A stretch of 31,808 nt of DNA from assembly GCA_964347045.1 (NCBI GenBank), contig CAYFXC010000012.1:1-31808 (forward strand), in the 5' to 3' direction. The DNA is from an uncultured archaeon (GTDB lineage Archaea; Asgardarchaeota; Hermodarchaeia; Hermodarchaeales; Hermodarchaeaceae). This document shows, one piece after another, positions 1 to 9,328 of the stretch; the first letter of the stretch is position 1; the number at the start of each line of letters is the position of its first letter. Under the pieces are notes generated by a model. That model had not been told where the DNA came from, did no database searches, and was given only the letters and a program-made list of their open reading frames with translations. Position numbers and translations under genes: made by a program.

Positions 1-233
1 GAGAAGGCGAGCTTATAATACTCTCTGTCTCCTCTGTTGCCAGCAATAGAAGAGCTGCTGCACCCTGCTTAACCCGATTCTAACAACAGTTCAATATCGG
101 ATATATCCCTTAACTATCTTGTCGGTTGTGGCAACGGTTGCCAGAACAAGACACTCCGCGTCAACGGTTGACAATTCATGAGGGAGTTGATAGCAACAAC
201 TGGAAACTGATCAAGGAATGCCTCAATTTCCAC
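1..233 (-). pseudogene. Possible degenerate PIN/VapC-like nuclease remnant (frameshifted, at window edge)
   Basis: Minus-strand fragments in different frames read VEIEAFLDQFPVV / LSTVDAECLVLATVATTDK / GAAALLLLATEE, reminiscent of the PIN LS..D...L.LA...T.D signature. No intact ORF. Confidence 0.2.
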
Positions 234-323
234 CCGAATCTCAAATTAGAGGAACATCCAACACCGGCTCCGCGCTGGAAAAGGAAAAACCGTGAAGGAT
301 AGCTATTTAATACTTAGTTGAAT

Positions 324-2696
324 TCATCCTAATTGCCGTTCACGTATCACTTGGTGAAGCGGAATTCTAAGTATTATGTTAAGGGAGGGGACTGTGGCGA
401 TTAGAGCAGTGGCAATGATGATTATGCCAACTACAGCGAATTGAACCCAGTCGATAAAAACCTGATAAATTGGAAAAATATTCTCTAGCACAGGGAGGGT
501 TACAATCCATTGGGTCAAAAAGTAACTGAGGGGAATCCCCACAAGGATACCAAAGATGCAAAGTGTGAATGTTTCGCCGATGACAATTTTAGCAATGGAG
601 CGTTTGCCATAGCCGATAGCACGCATAAGACTGTACTCAGATTGGCGTTCGAGACTGCCGATGAGGACAAGGTTGCCAATTATGAGCATAGCCATTAACA
701 GCCCAAGAAGAGTAAATATCTGCAGAATTTCACTAAAGTATCCCATCATACGACGCATACCTGACAGAACCTCTTGACGGTCCTGAACCAGAACAACTTG
801 ATCTAGCTTGTTCAAATCCTTTTGAAGCTGATCTGCTCTGCCAGTTTTGGCGGTCAAAAAAAGGCCTGTAGCAGCGGGGTTGCCAATGAGGCTATGTGCA
901 TCATCTAACCGAATAAAAGCTTCACCAAGAAGGTCACGGACTATCCCAGCGACTTCAAACTCTGTTGAGTTGTCAGCTACATAAAGCATTACTGATTCAC
1001 CAATCACCACACCCAACTTACGAGCCAAGCGAGGAACTAAAAGAATAGTTCTGCGTTGTTCAATGCCTTGTCCCTCTCTAATCCAGAATGTATGGAGAGT
1101 GTTATTCCAAGGCATTGCAACAACCCCGACGGATTTGTTGCTTTCACCGCTTCCAGTCCGAATAGCATATCCACCAAATCGAAGGAATGGTACGATGGTT
1201 TCAGCGTTTGTGAGGTTAAGATTGTCAACCTCAGATGGCAAAAGGGGGCTTGCAAAGCTTGCAGCATAGTCCCATTTGTCATGTTGATCAAGGGCGTATT
1301 CAAAGGAGACACTAAAGGAAGAAACCATCATGGGACCAATGGCAGCAATGACAAAGCAAAAACTAAGGGCAAAAACTACGAGTGTGCTGCGAATTCTGCG
1401 TCGACTGAGTTGACGGAAGAGATACCGTGTCGTGTAAGTGGGGGACCCTACAACCCCAAATACACGTTCCAACACAGTCAGTTTCACGGGTTTCATATCA
1501 ACCATTTCGCCTCTCATAGCATTGTGGGGATTGAGGTGGGTTGCACCCCACGCAGCAGCCACCATAGCCAGTGAAGTCGTGGCAGGACCAAATACTAATG
1601 CAAGAATGAACATTTCAGGCGGAAGGGTTAGTACTTCAAGTGGAAAACCACTGATAACATGCATATATTCAACTGAGATGGGAAAACCAATTGGAAAGAA
1701 TAGTAAAATGCCGATGAATGAGCTTAGGAGACCTAATCCTATGGCAACAACAATATATTGTGATAGGATGCTCCGCTGATTGTAACCAAGACCACGCAAA
1801 ACACCAATCTCCTGACGCTGACTTCGTACGAGCCTATGCATTGCCGAGAATACAACAAAGAAAGCGACCGCTAAGATAATGCCTGTAAGAATAACTATGA
1901 ACATGTTTCCAAATTGTAGATCCGTTTCAACAAAGGAGATACCGAATATATCCTCCTGCCGTACACTTCGCCGAATCCCATAATCTTGGAGAATATCATC
2001 TACGGCATCTCTGGAATTCTCAGGGGTTACGTCCTCCTCGAAGACCACGCAGAACTCGTTGACGTACCCGCTAAATCCAGAAATGGTCTGGAGAGTCTTG
2101 AGAGGGACTATAACAGCAGCTAGACTGCCAGGAGTTGGGTAGGCAGCCATTGGATTAACTGCTGCAAGGAGGAATTCTGGAGACAGAAAGAGCCCACGAA
2201 TCGTGAAATTGTGCACCTGACCGAGAATTATGATAGTTAAATTGTCACCAACTGATTGGTCATGCTCTTGGGCAAAACGCTGATCGAGGAGCACAGAAGA
2301 GGACTTGTTGTGGTCAAGGTAGTCACCATCGACGATTGAGACATTGTTGACAGATGGAGGTATGGAGGCGTTGAATCCAAGTAATTCGGTAGTTAAGTTC
2401 AATTCATTAAAAGTCACGAGTCCGGATAAATGGAGACGACCATTGGCGTATTGGACAGTACTAAGATTGAGAAGCTTTTCTGTAGTATTCACTGGAGCAG
2501 CATCTACGGTTACAATGTAATCCGCCAAGTGTAGCCTGTTAAAAACCATATGTAGACTGCTATAAACGGAAGGAATCATCGCGGATAACGTACAGAAGGT
2601 AGTGCAACCCAGTGAAATGAGGAGGACGCTGGCAACTACCCTCACCTTGATACGCTTGAAGTCCCGGAGAGTCTTCCGAAATAGGAGTCTAGGCAA
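324..2696 (-). CDS. ABC transporter permease, FtsX/MacB-like (duplicated extracellular + FtsX domains)
   Basis: 790 aa with two halves, each an extracellular domain followed by a TM bundle. FtsX motifs QRQEIGVLRGLGY and ERQSEYSLMRAIGY. Start overlaps the ATPase stop. Confidence 0.9.
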   Translation of the reverse strand: MPRLLFRKTLRDFKRIKVRVVASVLLISLGCTTFCTLSAMIPSVYSSLHMVFNRLHLADYIVTVDAAPVNTTEKLLNLSTVQYANGRLHLSGLVTFNELNLTTELLGFNASIPPSVNNVSIVDGDYLDHNKSSSVLLDQRFAQEHDQSVGDNLTIIILGQVHNFTIRGLFLSPEFLLAAVNPMAAYPTPGSLAAVIVPLKTLQTISGFSGYVNEFCVVFEEDVTPENSRDAVDDILQDYGIRRSVRQEDIFGISFVETDLQFGNMFIVILTGIILAVAFFVVFSAMHRLVRSQRQEIGVLRGLGYNQRSILSQYIVVAIGLGLLSSFIGILLFFPIGFPISVEYMHVISGFPLEVLTLPPEMFILALVFGPATTSLAMVAAAWGATHLNPHNAMRGEMVDMKPVKLTVLERVFGVVGSPTYTTRYLFRQLSRRRIRSTLVVFALSFCFVIAAIGPMMVSSFSVSFEYALDQHDKWDYAASFASPLLPSEVDNLNLTNAETIVPFLRFGGYAIRTGSGESNKSVGVVAMPWNNTLHTFWIREGQGIEQRRTILLVPRLARKLGVVIGESVMLYVADNSTEFEVAGIVRDLLGEAFIRLDDAHSLIGNPAATGLFLTAKTGRADQLQKDLNKLDQVVLVQDRQEVLSGMRRMMGYFSEILQIFTLLGLLMAMLIIGNLVLIGSLERQSEYSLMRAIGYGKRSIAKIVIGETFTLCIFGILVGIPLSYFLTQWIVTLPVLENIFPIYQVFIDWVQFAVVGIIIIATALIATVPSLNIILRIPLHQVIRERQLG

Positions 2697-3459
2697 GAGG
2701 TGTTCTCCCCTCTTGAATTCGATCTACTTGCCCAGACTTCAGGAATATTGCACGGTCAGCCAAAGTAGCAATTTCTGTCTGATGGGTGACAGCAATGATG
2801 GTGGTACCTATCCTCTTATTGAGCTGCTGTAGCAGCTGCCAAACTTTTTGACTTGTTTCAGCGTCGAGATTACCAGTGAGTTCATCAGCTAAGAGCAGTC
2901 GTGGCTCCTTGGCTAAAGCTCGGGCGATGGCTACCCGCTGCTGCTCTCCACCGCTCAGCTGAGCAGGATACTTGCCCATATGGTCCACCAATCCAACGAG
3001 CGCCAAACACTTCTGAGCACGCTCCCTTACAACAGAGAAGGTGAGGGGAGTTAATGCAAGACCAATCTCTACGTTCTCTAGTGCTGTCAGGACTGGAAAG
3101 AGATTATAGAATTGGAAAACTAGCCCTATCTTTTGGGCTCGAAACCATGTGCGCTCTCCATCAGAATAGTTCGATACTTCTTCACCGTCAACAAACACGT
3201 GACCAGAGGTGGGATGATCAAGCGTTGAAATCATATTCAGGAGGGTAGTCTTGCCACATCCACTTGGACCTAAAACAACTGCAAAATCACCCTCATCAAA
3301 TTTCAATGATAGGTCGCGTAAGGCATAAACGATTGTCTCGCCCATTCGATACTCCTTGCATACATTTTGGAGTTCAACAATTGTTGGAGCCACATTGCTC
3401 ACGGCCGAATAATCTACCAAGCCTAACTGAACTTTTTTTGACGAGGGGTAACTGTTCAA
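2689..3459 (-). CDS. ABC transporter ATP-binding protein, LolD/MacB-like
   Basis: Walker [11 protein letters not shown]-loop VFQFYNL, signature [15 protein letters not shown], Walker B LLLADE(L)TGNLD, H-loop VTH. True start may be slightly downstream. Confidence 0.95.
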   Translation of the reverse strand: MNSYPSSKKVQLGLVDYSAVSNVAPTIVELQNVCKEYRMGETIVYALRDLSLKFDEGDFAVVLGPSGCGKTTLLNMISTLDHPTSGHVFVDGEEVSNYSDGERTWFRAQKIGLVFQFYNLFPVLTALENVEIGLALTPLTFSVVRERAQKCLALVGLVDHMGKYPAQLSGGEQQRVAIARALAKEPRLLLADELTGNLDAETSQKVWQLLQQLNKRIGTTIIAVTHQTEIATLADRAIFLKSGQVDRIQEGRTPLA

Positions 3460-3526
3460 TTCCTTAGAATAATAGGCAGGTCATTTTGATAATAACCCAT
3501 CATCAATTGAAAAAGGTTCACATATT

Positions 3527-5116
3527 ATGTTGGCTTCTAAAAACTATCAGCGTAGAATGCAACTGCTAGTCTCTTTAGGCCTTCTTACCATTCTGGCTGT
3601 TGGGATCCTAATTCCAATTGATGCCTTTAGCAATAGTGAGCCTGAGTCTTATTTTCAACATCACCAGAAATCAAATGAAACCAACTTTCAAAACCACTCC
3701 GAAAAATGTGATATTCTAAAACAACTTCAGTGGGAACAAAAAAATCACATATTTCAACCTTCACAGATAAAACAAGACCAATCTCAGATGAAGAAATACC
3801 AAGACGTAGGTTATCAACGAAGTTTCTGGACATATGATTTCACTGCTTCATTTTTCTATGAAGTAGATTCAACATTGCTCGCCATTGGTGAGTACAGCCT
3901 TGTTTTCATGGAAAATCGTTGCATAACCGAACTGGGAGAAACCGCTGCGATAGGGAAGACAGAGACCATACGCGATGAATTTGATAACACAATCTATCCT
4001 CGAGTCACAGACCTTGCAGGGCATCCCAATGGAACTTTAGGGGATATCGATGGTGATCCTAGAATCATAATCTTGCTTTCTAGTAATCGCGCGTTTTACT
4101 TTTCTGAGCGAAATGAGCTGCCTTTTGAATATTCGAATTTGTGTGAGATGATTTACCTCCATTACAGGATTCCAGTGGTAAATGTTATTGCACATGAATT
4201 TCATCATCTCATCTGGTTTAACAATGAATGGGATGAACACCACTTCATCATAGAAGCTTTAGCCCAATATGCCATGTATTATGCCGGTTATCTAGAATCT
4301 AATAATAATCTCGCTCCGCAGGTACCTTTTTTTCTTTCTCATCCAGAGGACTCTCTTCTGTATTGGAATATGTACAATGAAGGGGGAATGGATGCGGTCA
4401 TTGATTACGGGAGTGGGTATTTGTTTGCCTTCTATATCGCGGAAAAATATGGTGTTGATATTCTTCGAAACCTGATAACGGAGCCTGCTGATGGACCGCA
4501 CGGGATTGAGACTGTTCTGCACACAGCAGGTTATGATATCACATTCAATGAACTCTACTTGAATTGGATCACGACATTAACAATTGATGAACTAGGATTC
4601 GACAACAATCTCTATGGCTTTGAGAACCTAGATGCTCGAATAACCAGCTACAATCCTGTCGGTGTGCTACCTCTTCGTAATCAAGCAATTTCGCTTCGGT
4701 ACTACGGTTTTCACATCCATAAACTGCAAGTCCCACCTGATGGTTTTACAGTCCAAATTAACAAATCCTCAAATCACACCATTGGAATCTCCATCGTTGC
4801 ACACGATGCATATGGCTGGCACATTTACCAAAACCTACACGATGAACAGGACACCATAATTACAGATAACTTCACGGGCAATCGGACCGATGTAGCATAT
4901 ATCATTACCAGCTACATGTCGAATTACACGCCAATATCAACCAACACTATTGGACTTGGACCTGAAACGGAGATCGACATTTCAATAATCCCAACACACA
5001 CAGAATCGGAAGTTCCTTGGAGCTTAATCATTCTTTTACCAGCATTCTGTGGAATCTGCCTTCTTTTCGTAATCATGATTACGATAAGGAAAAGGAAGTA
5101 TTTTGAAGAAAAATAA
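3527..5116 (+). CDS. Secreted, membrane-anchored zinc metallopeptidase (HEXXH; M6/M30-like)
   Basis: N-terminal hydrophobic signal, GDIDGDPRIIIL, AHEFHHLI...E zinc motif, DYG..YLF..Y, C-terminal TM followed by RKRK. Confidence 0.8.
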   Translation: MLASKNYQRRMQLLVSLGLLTILAVGILIPIDAFSNSEPESYFQHHQKSNETNFQNHSEKCDILKQLQWEQKNHIFQPSQIKQDQSQMKKYQDVGYQRSFWTYDFTASFFYEVDSTLLAIGEYSLVFMENRCITELGETAAIGKTETIRDEFDNTIYPRVTDLAGHPNGTLGDIDGDPRIIILLSSNRAFYFSERNELPFEYSNLCEMIYLHYRIPVVNVIAHEFHHLIWFNNEWDEHHFIIEALAQYAMYYAGYLESNNNLAPQVPFFLSHPEDSLLYWNMYNEGGMDAVIDYGSGYLFAFYIAEKYGVDILRNLITEPADGPHGIETVLHTAGYDITFNELYLNWITTLTIDELGFDNNLYGFENLDARITSYNPVGVLPLRNQAISLRYYGFHIHKLQVPPDGFTVQINKSSNHTIGISIVAHDAYGWHIYQNLHDEQDTIITDNFTGNRTDVAYIITSYMSNYTPISTNTIGLGPETEIDISIIPTHTESEVPWSLIILLPAFCGICLLFVIMITIRKRKYFEEK

Positions 5117-5146
5117 TGATTGATGGTTATTGGATATCCGATACGC

Positions 5147-5175
5147 TTTTACTCACAAACCCAAGCCTTACTGAA
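5147..5175 (+). repeat. Module-boundary repeat A, copy 1 (TTTTACTCACAAACCCAAGCCTTACTGAA)
   Basis: 29 bp identical to the copy 2 core (6229-6257). Intergenic, between convergent genes. Confidence 0.9.
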
Positions 5176-5237
5176 CTTTATTCTTTGGTTCTCAATTCTT
5201 CTGTCAATTGTAAATAAATATTGGAAAATTTGTCGGT

Positions 5238-5678
5238 TTAAAGTAATGACTTGGTTTCGTCAGGAAACCCTTTGTATTCAATGACGCCGAGTTGTTGATA
5301 CAAATCCATCAGATCTAAAACCTGCGTTACCTTTTCGATGACCTTCCCATTAGCAAGCCGATAAACGATAATACCTGTTGAGGTGAATTTCTTGCCGGTG
5401 GGAGCTAGTCCGTGATATTCTCCAGTGTGGGTTCCCGTACTTTTAATCTGAAACCATACAGTATCCCCATCCGCGGCGATGTGGGTAATTGTCCGTTGTA
5501 TATCAGGAAACCCCTTGTATATCGTTTTTTCCATTTTTTTGTAAGCGTCTCTTCCCTGCAATTTCATTGGATGATCAACAAAATCAGGGGCGATAATTTC
5601 ATCGATTAGAGTTTCATCTTTGGTATTGAAAGCTTTGGCTAATTTCTGAACGAGCGCTTTGTTCTCCTCTATAGACAT
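5238..5678 (-). CDS. SnoaL-like ester cyclase (NTF2 fold)
   Basis: EENKALV...FVDH...FPD....I..I.ADGDTV......TGTHTGEYHGLAPTGKK pattern. Confidence 0.9.
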   Translation of the reverse strand: MSIEENKALVQKLAKAFNTKDETLIDEIIAPDFVDHPMKLQGRDAYKKMEKTIYKGFPDIQRTITHIAADGDTVWFQIKSTGTHTGEYHGLAPTGKKFTSTGIIVYRLANGKVIEKVTQVLDLMDLYQQLGVIEYKGFPDETKSLL

Positions 5679-5787
5679 TGGACATCATACTCCGAGTGTA
5701 AACCTGTTCAACATGTGAAATGAACCCATTGGATTTTAAGGGTATCAATTTACTAGCGTTTATTCTAGTTTAGATGGAGTTGATGTC

Positions 5788-6207
5788 TTGCTGAACGAAA
5801 CGAGTCCAGAAAGGAAAGCGTTGTTAAAAACAATTGCAGATCTTGATCGAACCTTTTCCGAAGATCGCGCTGAGGACATGGGTAAGTTCTTTGCCCCGAA
5901 TGCACGGCTCATGTTCCCCAATATGGAAGACATCTTGGGTCGAGAATCAATTCAACAAACGTTTGTTGACCTAATGGCAGAATATTCAACAGATTCATTT
6001 CACCCAAACCGGGAATTGATCGACATCTATGTGCACAGGGCATATACTTTAGGAAGTTTCATAGAAATACGCACACCCCTCAAAGGGGGGCCGAAAGAGA
6101 AAATACACGGACGTCTTCTGGAAATCTGGCAACGCTCCTCAAAGGGCAACTGGGAGATAATCCGTTTCATGACTGGAAGGTATTCTGATTTGGAGCATAT
6201 CGAATAA
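5788..6207 (+). CDS. NTF2-like / DUF4440 family protein
   Basis: 139 aa: FFAPNARLMFP...ILGRESI...GRLLEIWQR...GNWEI. Confidence 0.8.
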   Translation: MLNETSPERKALLKTIADLDRTFSEDRAEDMGKFFAPNARLMFPNMEDILGRESIQQTFVDLMAEYSTDSFHPNRELIDIYVHRAYTLGSFIEIRTPLKGGPKEKIHGRLLEIWQRSSKGNWEIIRFMTGRYSDLEHIE

Positions 6208-6208
6208 C

Positions 6209-6257
6209 TGGTTGTACGACCGACGTCGTTTTACTCACAAACCCAAGCCTTACTGAA
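6209..6257 (+). repeat. Module-boundary repeat A, copy 2 (extended TGGTTGTACGACCGA... + core)
   Basis: Core identical to copy 1. The upstream TTGTAC is shared with copies 3 and 4 at the same offset. Begins 1 nt after the stop codon of 5788..6207. Confidence 0.9.
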
Positions 6258-6353
6258 TTTTTTTTCTTCTGAATTTCAGGGAATGCCTAACCTACATTTT
6301 TTAAAAATATAAAAAGAAGTTTGTACGATTAGTAAGAAAATTGGGGTGATGGT

Positions 6354-6692
6354 ATGCCGACGCTTTTTTGCGTGTACAATATAACTGATAAACAAAAGGC
6401 TGAAGAATACGACAACTATCTCAACAGCAAGAAAATACCAGGGATACGAGGGGCACCGTGGTGTACAGCGTTCCATACATGGAGGATAAACAAGGTTCTA
6501 GCACCTGCGGTCTCTGAACCAGAGGGAGAATTACCCTCAGAATCTCCTTACATGTATATTGCAAAAATAGAGGTTTCCGATTTAGATGCGATGGTCAGTT
6601 TTCTCGGTACTGATGCAGGAAAAGACTTTATGAAATCCTGGAGCATTTACATTGATCCTAAAGCATTCTTTACAATGGGAGAGGAAGTCTAA
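6354..6692 (+). CDS. Dimeric alpha-beta barrel protein, HapK/EthD-like
   Basis: 112 aa. MPTLFCVYNI...EEYDNYL...IPGIR...SPYMYIAKIEVSDLDA pattern resembles HapK/EthD families. Confidence 0.6.
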   Translation: MPTLFCVYNITDKQKAEEYDNYLNSKKIPGIRGAPWCTAFHTWRINKVLAPAVSEPEGELPSESPYMYIAKIEVSDLDAMVSFLGTDAGKDFMKSWSIYIDPKAFFTMGEEV

Positions 6693-6921
6693 TTTCCACT
6701 GATAGCCTCTGTCACAACTTACAAAATAATTTGAGAAATATATCCGATTCTGAACTGTTGCTTGAATTGAGCTTTTACATGCGAAGCACCAATTCTATTG
6801 ATAGTATTAGATGAGTCTAGCATTTGTAAATTCAGCTTCAATGAAGTGTTTCCAATAGAACTGTTGAAAAATTTCCAAAACGGTTAGAAGAAATAATTAG
6901 GTAACACTTTTTTGGATGACC

Positions 6922-6970
6922 TGTTTGTACAACCGAGGCTTTTTTACTCACAAAACCAAGCCTTACTGAA
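6922..6970 (+). repeat. Module-boundary repeat A, copy 3
   Basis: Core 6942-6970 matches copies 1/2 at 28/29. Upstream TGTTTGTACAACCGA. Confidence 0.9.
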
Positions 6971-7057
6971 GTTCTATCGTCAGATTAGGTTGATCTACCA
7001 TCTGAAAAAGAAGAAACATTAACTGGAATGATGGAATGAAATTCCGGTGAACGCCTA

Positions 7058-8143
7058 ATGGGAAATACTGTGGGCAATGACGTCTATGAAAGACTTGCGG
7101 ATGCGATGGATCGCTTACCCAACGCCTATCCTAGAACCGCATCTGGAGTGGAGGTCGAGATACTTAAACGTATTTTCACTCCAGAGGAAGCTCAGCTCGT
7201 GCTACATTTACACGGGGAGATGGAACCTCTTGAAATAATTACTAAACGTGCGGGACTAGCCATTGAAGATGTGGAATCGAATTACTTTGATCTTGCAAAA
7301 CGGGGACTTGTCTGGTTCAGGCAAAGGAGTGAAAAACCGCATTTCCGAATGGCACCTTTTGTAGTGGGAATCTATGAGGCCTCCCTTGAAAATATGGATC
7401 ATGATTTTGCTCACCTCATTGAACAATATTTCCGCGAGGGAGGTGTGGCAGGGATAATGAAACCTCAGCCTGCCATTCATCGTGTTGTTCCAGCCTATCA
7501 ATCAGTTAAGTCAGAGTGGATTCTCCCCTATGATGACATTCGGGCAATTATGATGGCAATGAAAACGTTTCGTGTCCGTGATTGCATTTGTCGTGCGCAA
7601 CAGGACCACATTGGTCGTAGATGTGATTTTCCAGTGAAAATGTGTCTTAGTTTTTCACCAATCGAACAACCAACCAGCTCTAATGAAGACGGACTGGATT
7701 CACAGATTACTCAAAAAGAAGCCTTAGCGATTCTCGATACAACTGAAGAAATCGGCCTTGTCCACACCGTAAGTAATGTCGCTAAGGGAATCTATTATGT
7801 CTGCAATTGTTGTGGATGTTGCTGTGGCGTCCTCCGGGGCATTACAGATTTTGGTATTGCTAACTCAGTAGCCCACGCTAATTATTTCGCTGTGATTGAT
7901 CCTGATGAATGTGTAGGTTGTAAAACCTGCCTTGACCGCTGTCACGTGAACGCCATTACTGAACAGGATGATATCTCGGTCGTCGATGAAACACTATGTA
8001 TTGGTTGTGGGTTATGTGTCACAGGATGTCCAAACGAGGTTGCGAAACTCCAACGAAAACCAGACGAAGAAATTGTGGAGCCACCAATTGATAGAACTAC
8101 TTGGGAACGAGAACGATTGCGAGGCAGAGGACTCAATAAATAA
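7058..8143 (+). CDS. 4Fe-4S dicluster domain protein
   Basis: CxC...C...C, CNCCGCCC and two ferredoxin motifs (CVGCKTCLDRC, CIGCGLCVTGCP). Confidence 0.9.
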   Translation: MGNTVGNDVYERLADAMDRLPNAYPRTASGVEVEILKRIFTPEEAQLVLHLHGEMEPLEIITKRAGLAIEDVESNYFDLAKRGLVWFRQRSEKPHFRMAPFVVGIYEASLENMDHDFAHLIEQYFREGGVAGIMKPQPAIHRVVPAYQSVKSEWILPYDDIRAIMMAMKTFRVRDCICRAQQDHIGRRCDFPVKMCLSFSPIEQPTSSNEDGLDSQITQKEALAILDTTEEIGLVHTVSNVAKGIYYVCNCCGCCCGVLRGITDFGIANSVAHANYFAVIDPDECVGCKTCLDRCHVNAITEQDDISVVDETLCIGCGLCVTGCPNEVAKLQRKPDEEIVEPPIDRTTWERERLRGRGLNK

Positions 8144-8166
8144 TAATGTTCTGGAAAAGTAGAAAT

Positions 8167-8214
8167 GGGTTGTACGGACAACGGCTTTTTACTCACAAAC
8201 CAAGCCTTTCTGTA
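8167..8214 (+). repeat. Module-boundary repeat A, copy 4 (diverged)
   Basis: GGGTTGTACGGACAACGGCT + TTTTACTCACAAACCAAGCCTTTCTGTA: one deletion and two substitutions in the core. Confidence 0.85.
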
Positions 8215-8235
8215 CGCGCAGCCTACCCAAGAGGT

Positions 8236-9084
8236 CTATTTTCGAGCTTCAACAACTTCAAGGTTTTTATTAAAATCCTTTTTTCCACCTGACAGAGACT
8301 CAAAGAACACGATATCCTTGAATCCGACTTCTCTAATTATTTGCTCAAGGTTCTCTCGTGTATATGCAACCATGCTTGATGCATGGAGGGTTACATTATT
8401 GGTCTCAGCGTCTATGATGTAATATCTTGTTGTAGCAACATGTTTCTCTTGGTCCCAGAAGTTTTCCATCAGGCACAGGTGTGGTTTCGGACTGAACAGT
8501 CCCTGCTTTGACGAGAACCATGAAGCGGAGCTTTTTCCTACCTGTTTCACTGTCTCGTACCGGTTGGGTTCAGCGATGAAAAGACCACTTTTTTTCAGTG
8601 AATCATATGCCTTTTTGAGTACGCGTTTTATATCCACTGGTTTGAAGACGTTGAACTCACCGTAGATAAATAATACAACATCATAATTATCTCCGTAATC
8701 CGCGGTCCTGATATCCTCAAGAACATAATCAATCTCAACCTCATCTTTGATCGCCTGTTCTCTGGCGTATTTGATAGAAGAAGGGCTGAAGTCTATCCCT
8801 GTACAGCTATGTCCAAGCTTGGTCAACCGGTTAGAGTATAACCCAGGCCCACAGGCTAAATCCAGTATTTTGGATGGTTTTCCTCCTAACTTGTTGTGAA
8901 TCCAATCAACGTGTCTATCGACTATTTCGGATCTTCTGCTGGCGAAATCGTGTTCCTGCGTAAGGTGCTGCTTAAGCATCCTCTCACTGAATCCTGAATC
9001 GTTCCAAGGAATCTTCTCACCCTCACTCCAAGGCTCAGAAGTCTCGATCCTTGTTATTAACTGCATTATGTTCATGATTGACAA
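8236..9084 (-). CDS. Class I SAM-dependent methyltransferase
   Basis: KILDLACGPGLY motif I, GIDFS..SI.YA, YDVV. Confidence 0.92.
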   Translation of the reverse strand: MSIMNIMQLITRIETSEPWSEGEKIPWNDSGFSERMLKQHLTQEHDFASRRSEIVDRHVDWIHNKLGGKPSKILDLACGPGLYSNRLTKLGHSCTGIDFSPSSIKYAREQAIKDEVEIDYVLEDIRTADYGDNYDVVLFIYGEFNVFKPVDIKRVLKKAYDSLKKSGLFIAEPNRYETVKQVGKSSASWFSSKQGLFSPKPHLCLMENFWDQEKHVATTRYYIIDAETNNVTLHASSMVAYTRENLEQIIREVGFKDIVFFESLSGGKKDFNKNLEVVEARK

Positions 9085-9132
9085 GCCTCATCGGATATAA
9101 TGGGGCAGGATAGAAGCCACATCTGATATAAA

Positions 9133-9160
9133 TGGTAGTACAGTAATCTTTTTGCTCACA
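9133..9160 (+). repeat. Module-boundary repeat A, copy 5 (highly degenerate, truncated)
   Basis: TGGTAGTAC...TTTTTGCTCACA matches the left half and first 11 nt of the core, at the next gene boundary. Confidence 0.5.
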
Positions 9161-9272
9161 GAATCACGCAGCTCTCACATTATCTAAGGAAGGGAACGTA
9201 CCATAAAGGAGAGCATGATGTGAAACGTACGAACATCTAATGAATCGTGTTCTGTGATTCCTCTGAATTGTA

Positions 9273-9302
9273 ATAAAAGAGGAAAGGGAGGCAGAGCCTC
9301 CC
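9273..9302 (-). terminator. Hairpin + pyrimidine tract, putative terminator
   Basis: GGGAGGC-AGA-GCCTCCC (9286-9302) followed on the minus strand by TTTCCTCTTTTATT. Confidence 0.5.
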
Positions 9303-9328
9303 ATCGAGCTGAAGAGGTTTGAATAGGT

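Noticed and set aside
3491-5131. Imperfect inverted repeats (AATAACCCATCATCA / TGATTGATGGTTATT) around the peptidase gene
   Set aside because: Needs several indels in a short AT-rich match and shows no target duplication.
9090-9148. ATCGGATATAA / ATCTGATATAA resembling an archaeal dif arm
   Set aside because: No complementary second arm. Better explained as the TATA region of the methyltransferase gene.
5147-9160. CRISPR array interpretation of repeat A
   Set aside because: The repeat length fits, but the spacers are 0.7-1.2 kb and contain whole genes. No cas genes are present.
5147-9160. Classical integron (attC cassettes + IntI)
   Set aside because: No paired RYYYAAC/GTTRRRY boxes or long hairpin, cargo is in both orientations, and the recombinase in the window lacks the IntI insertion.
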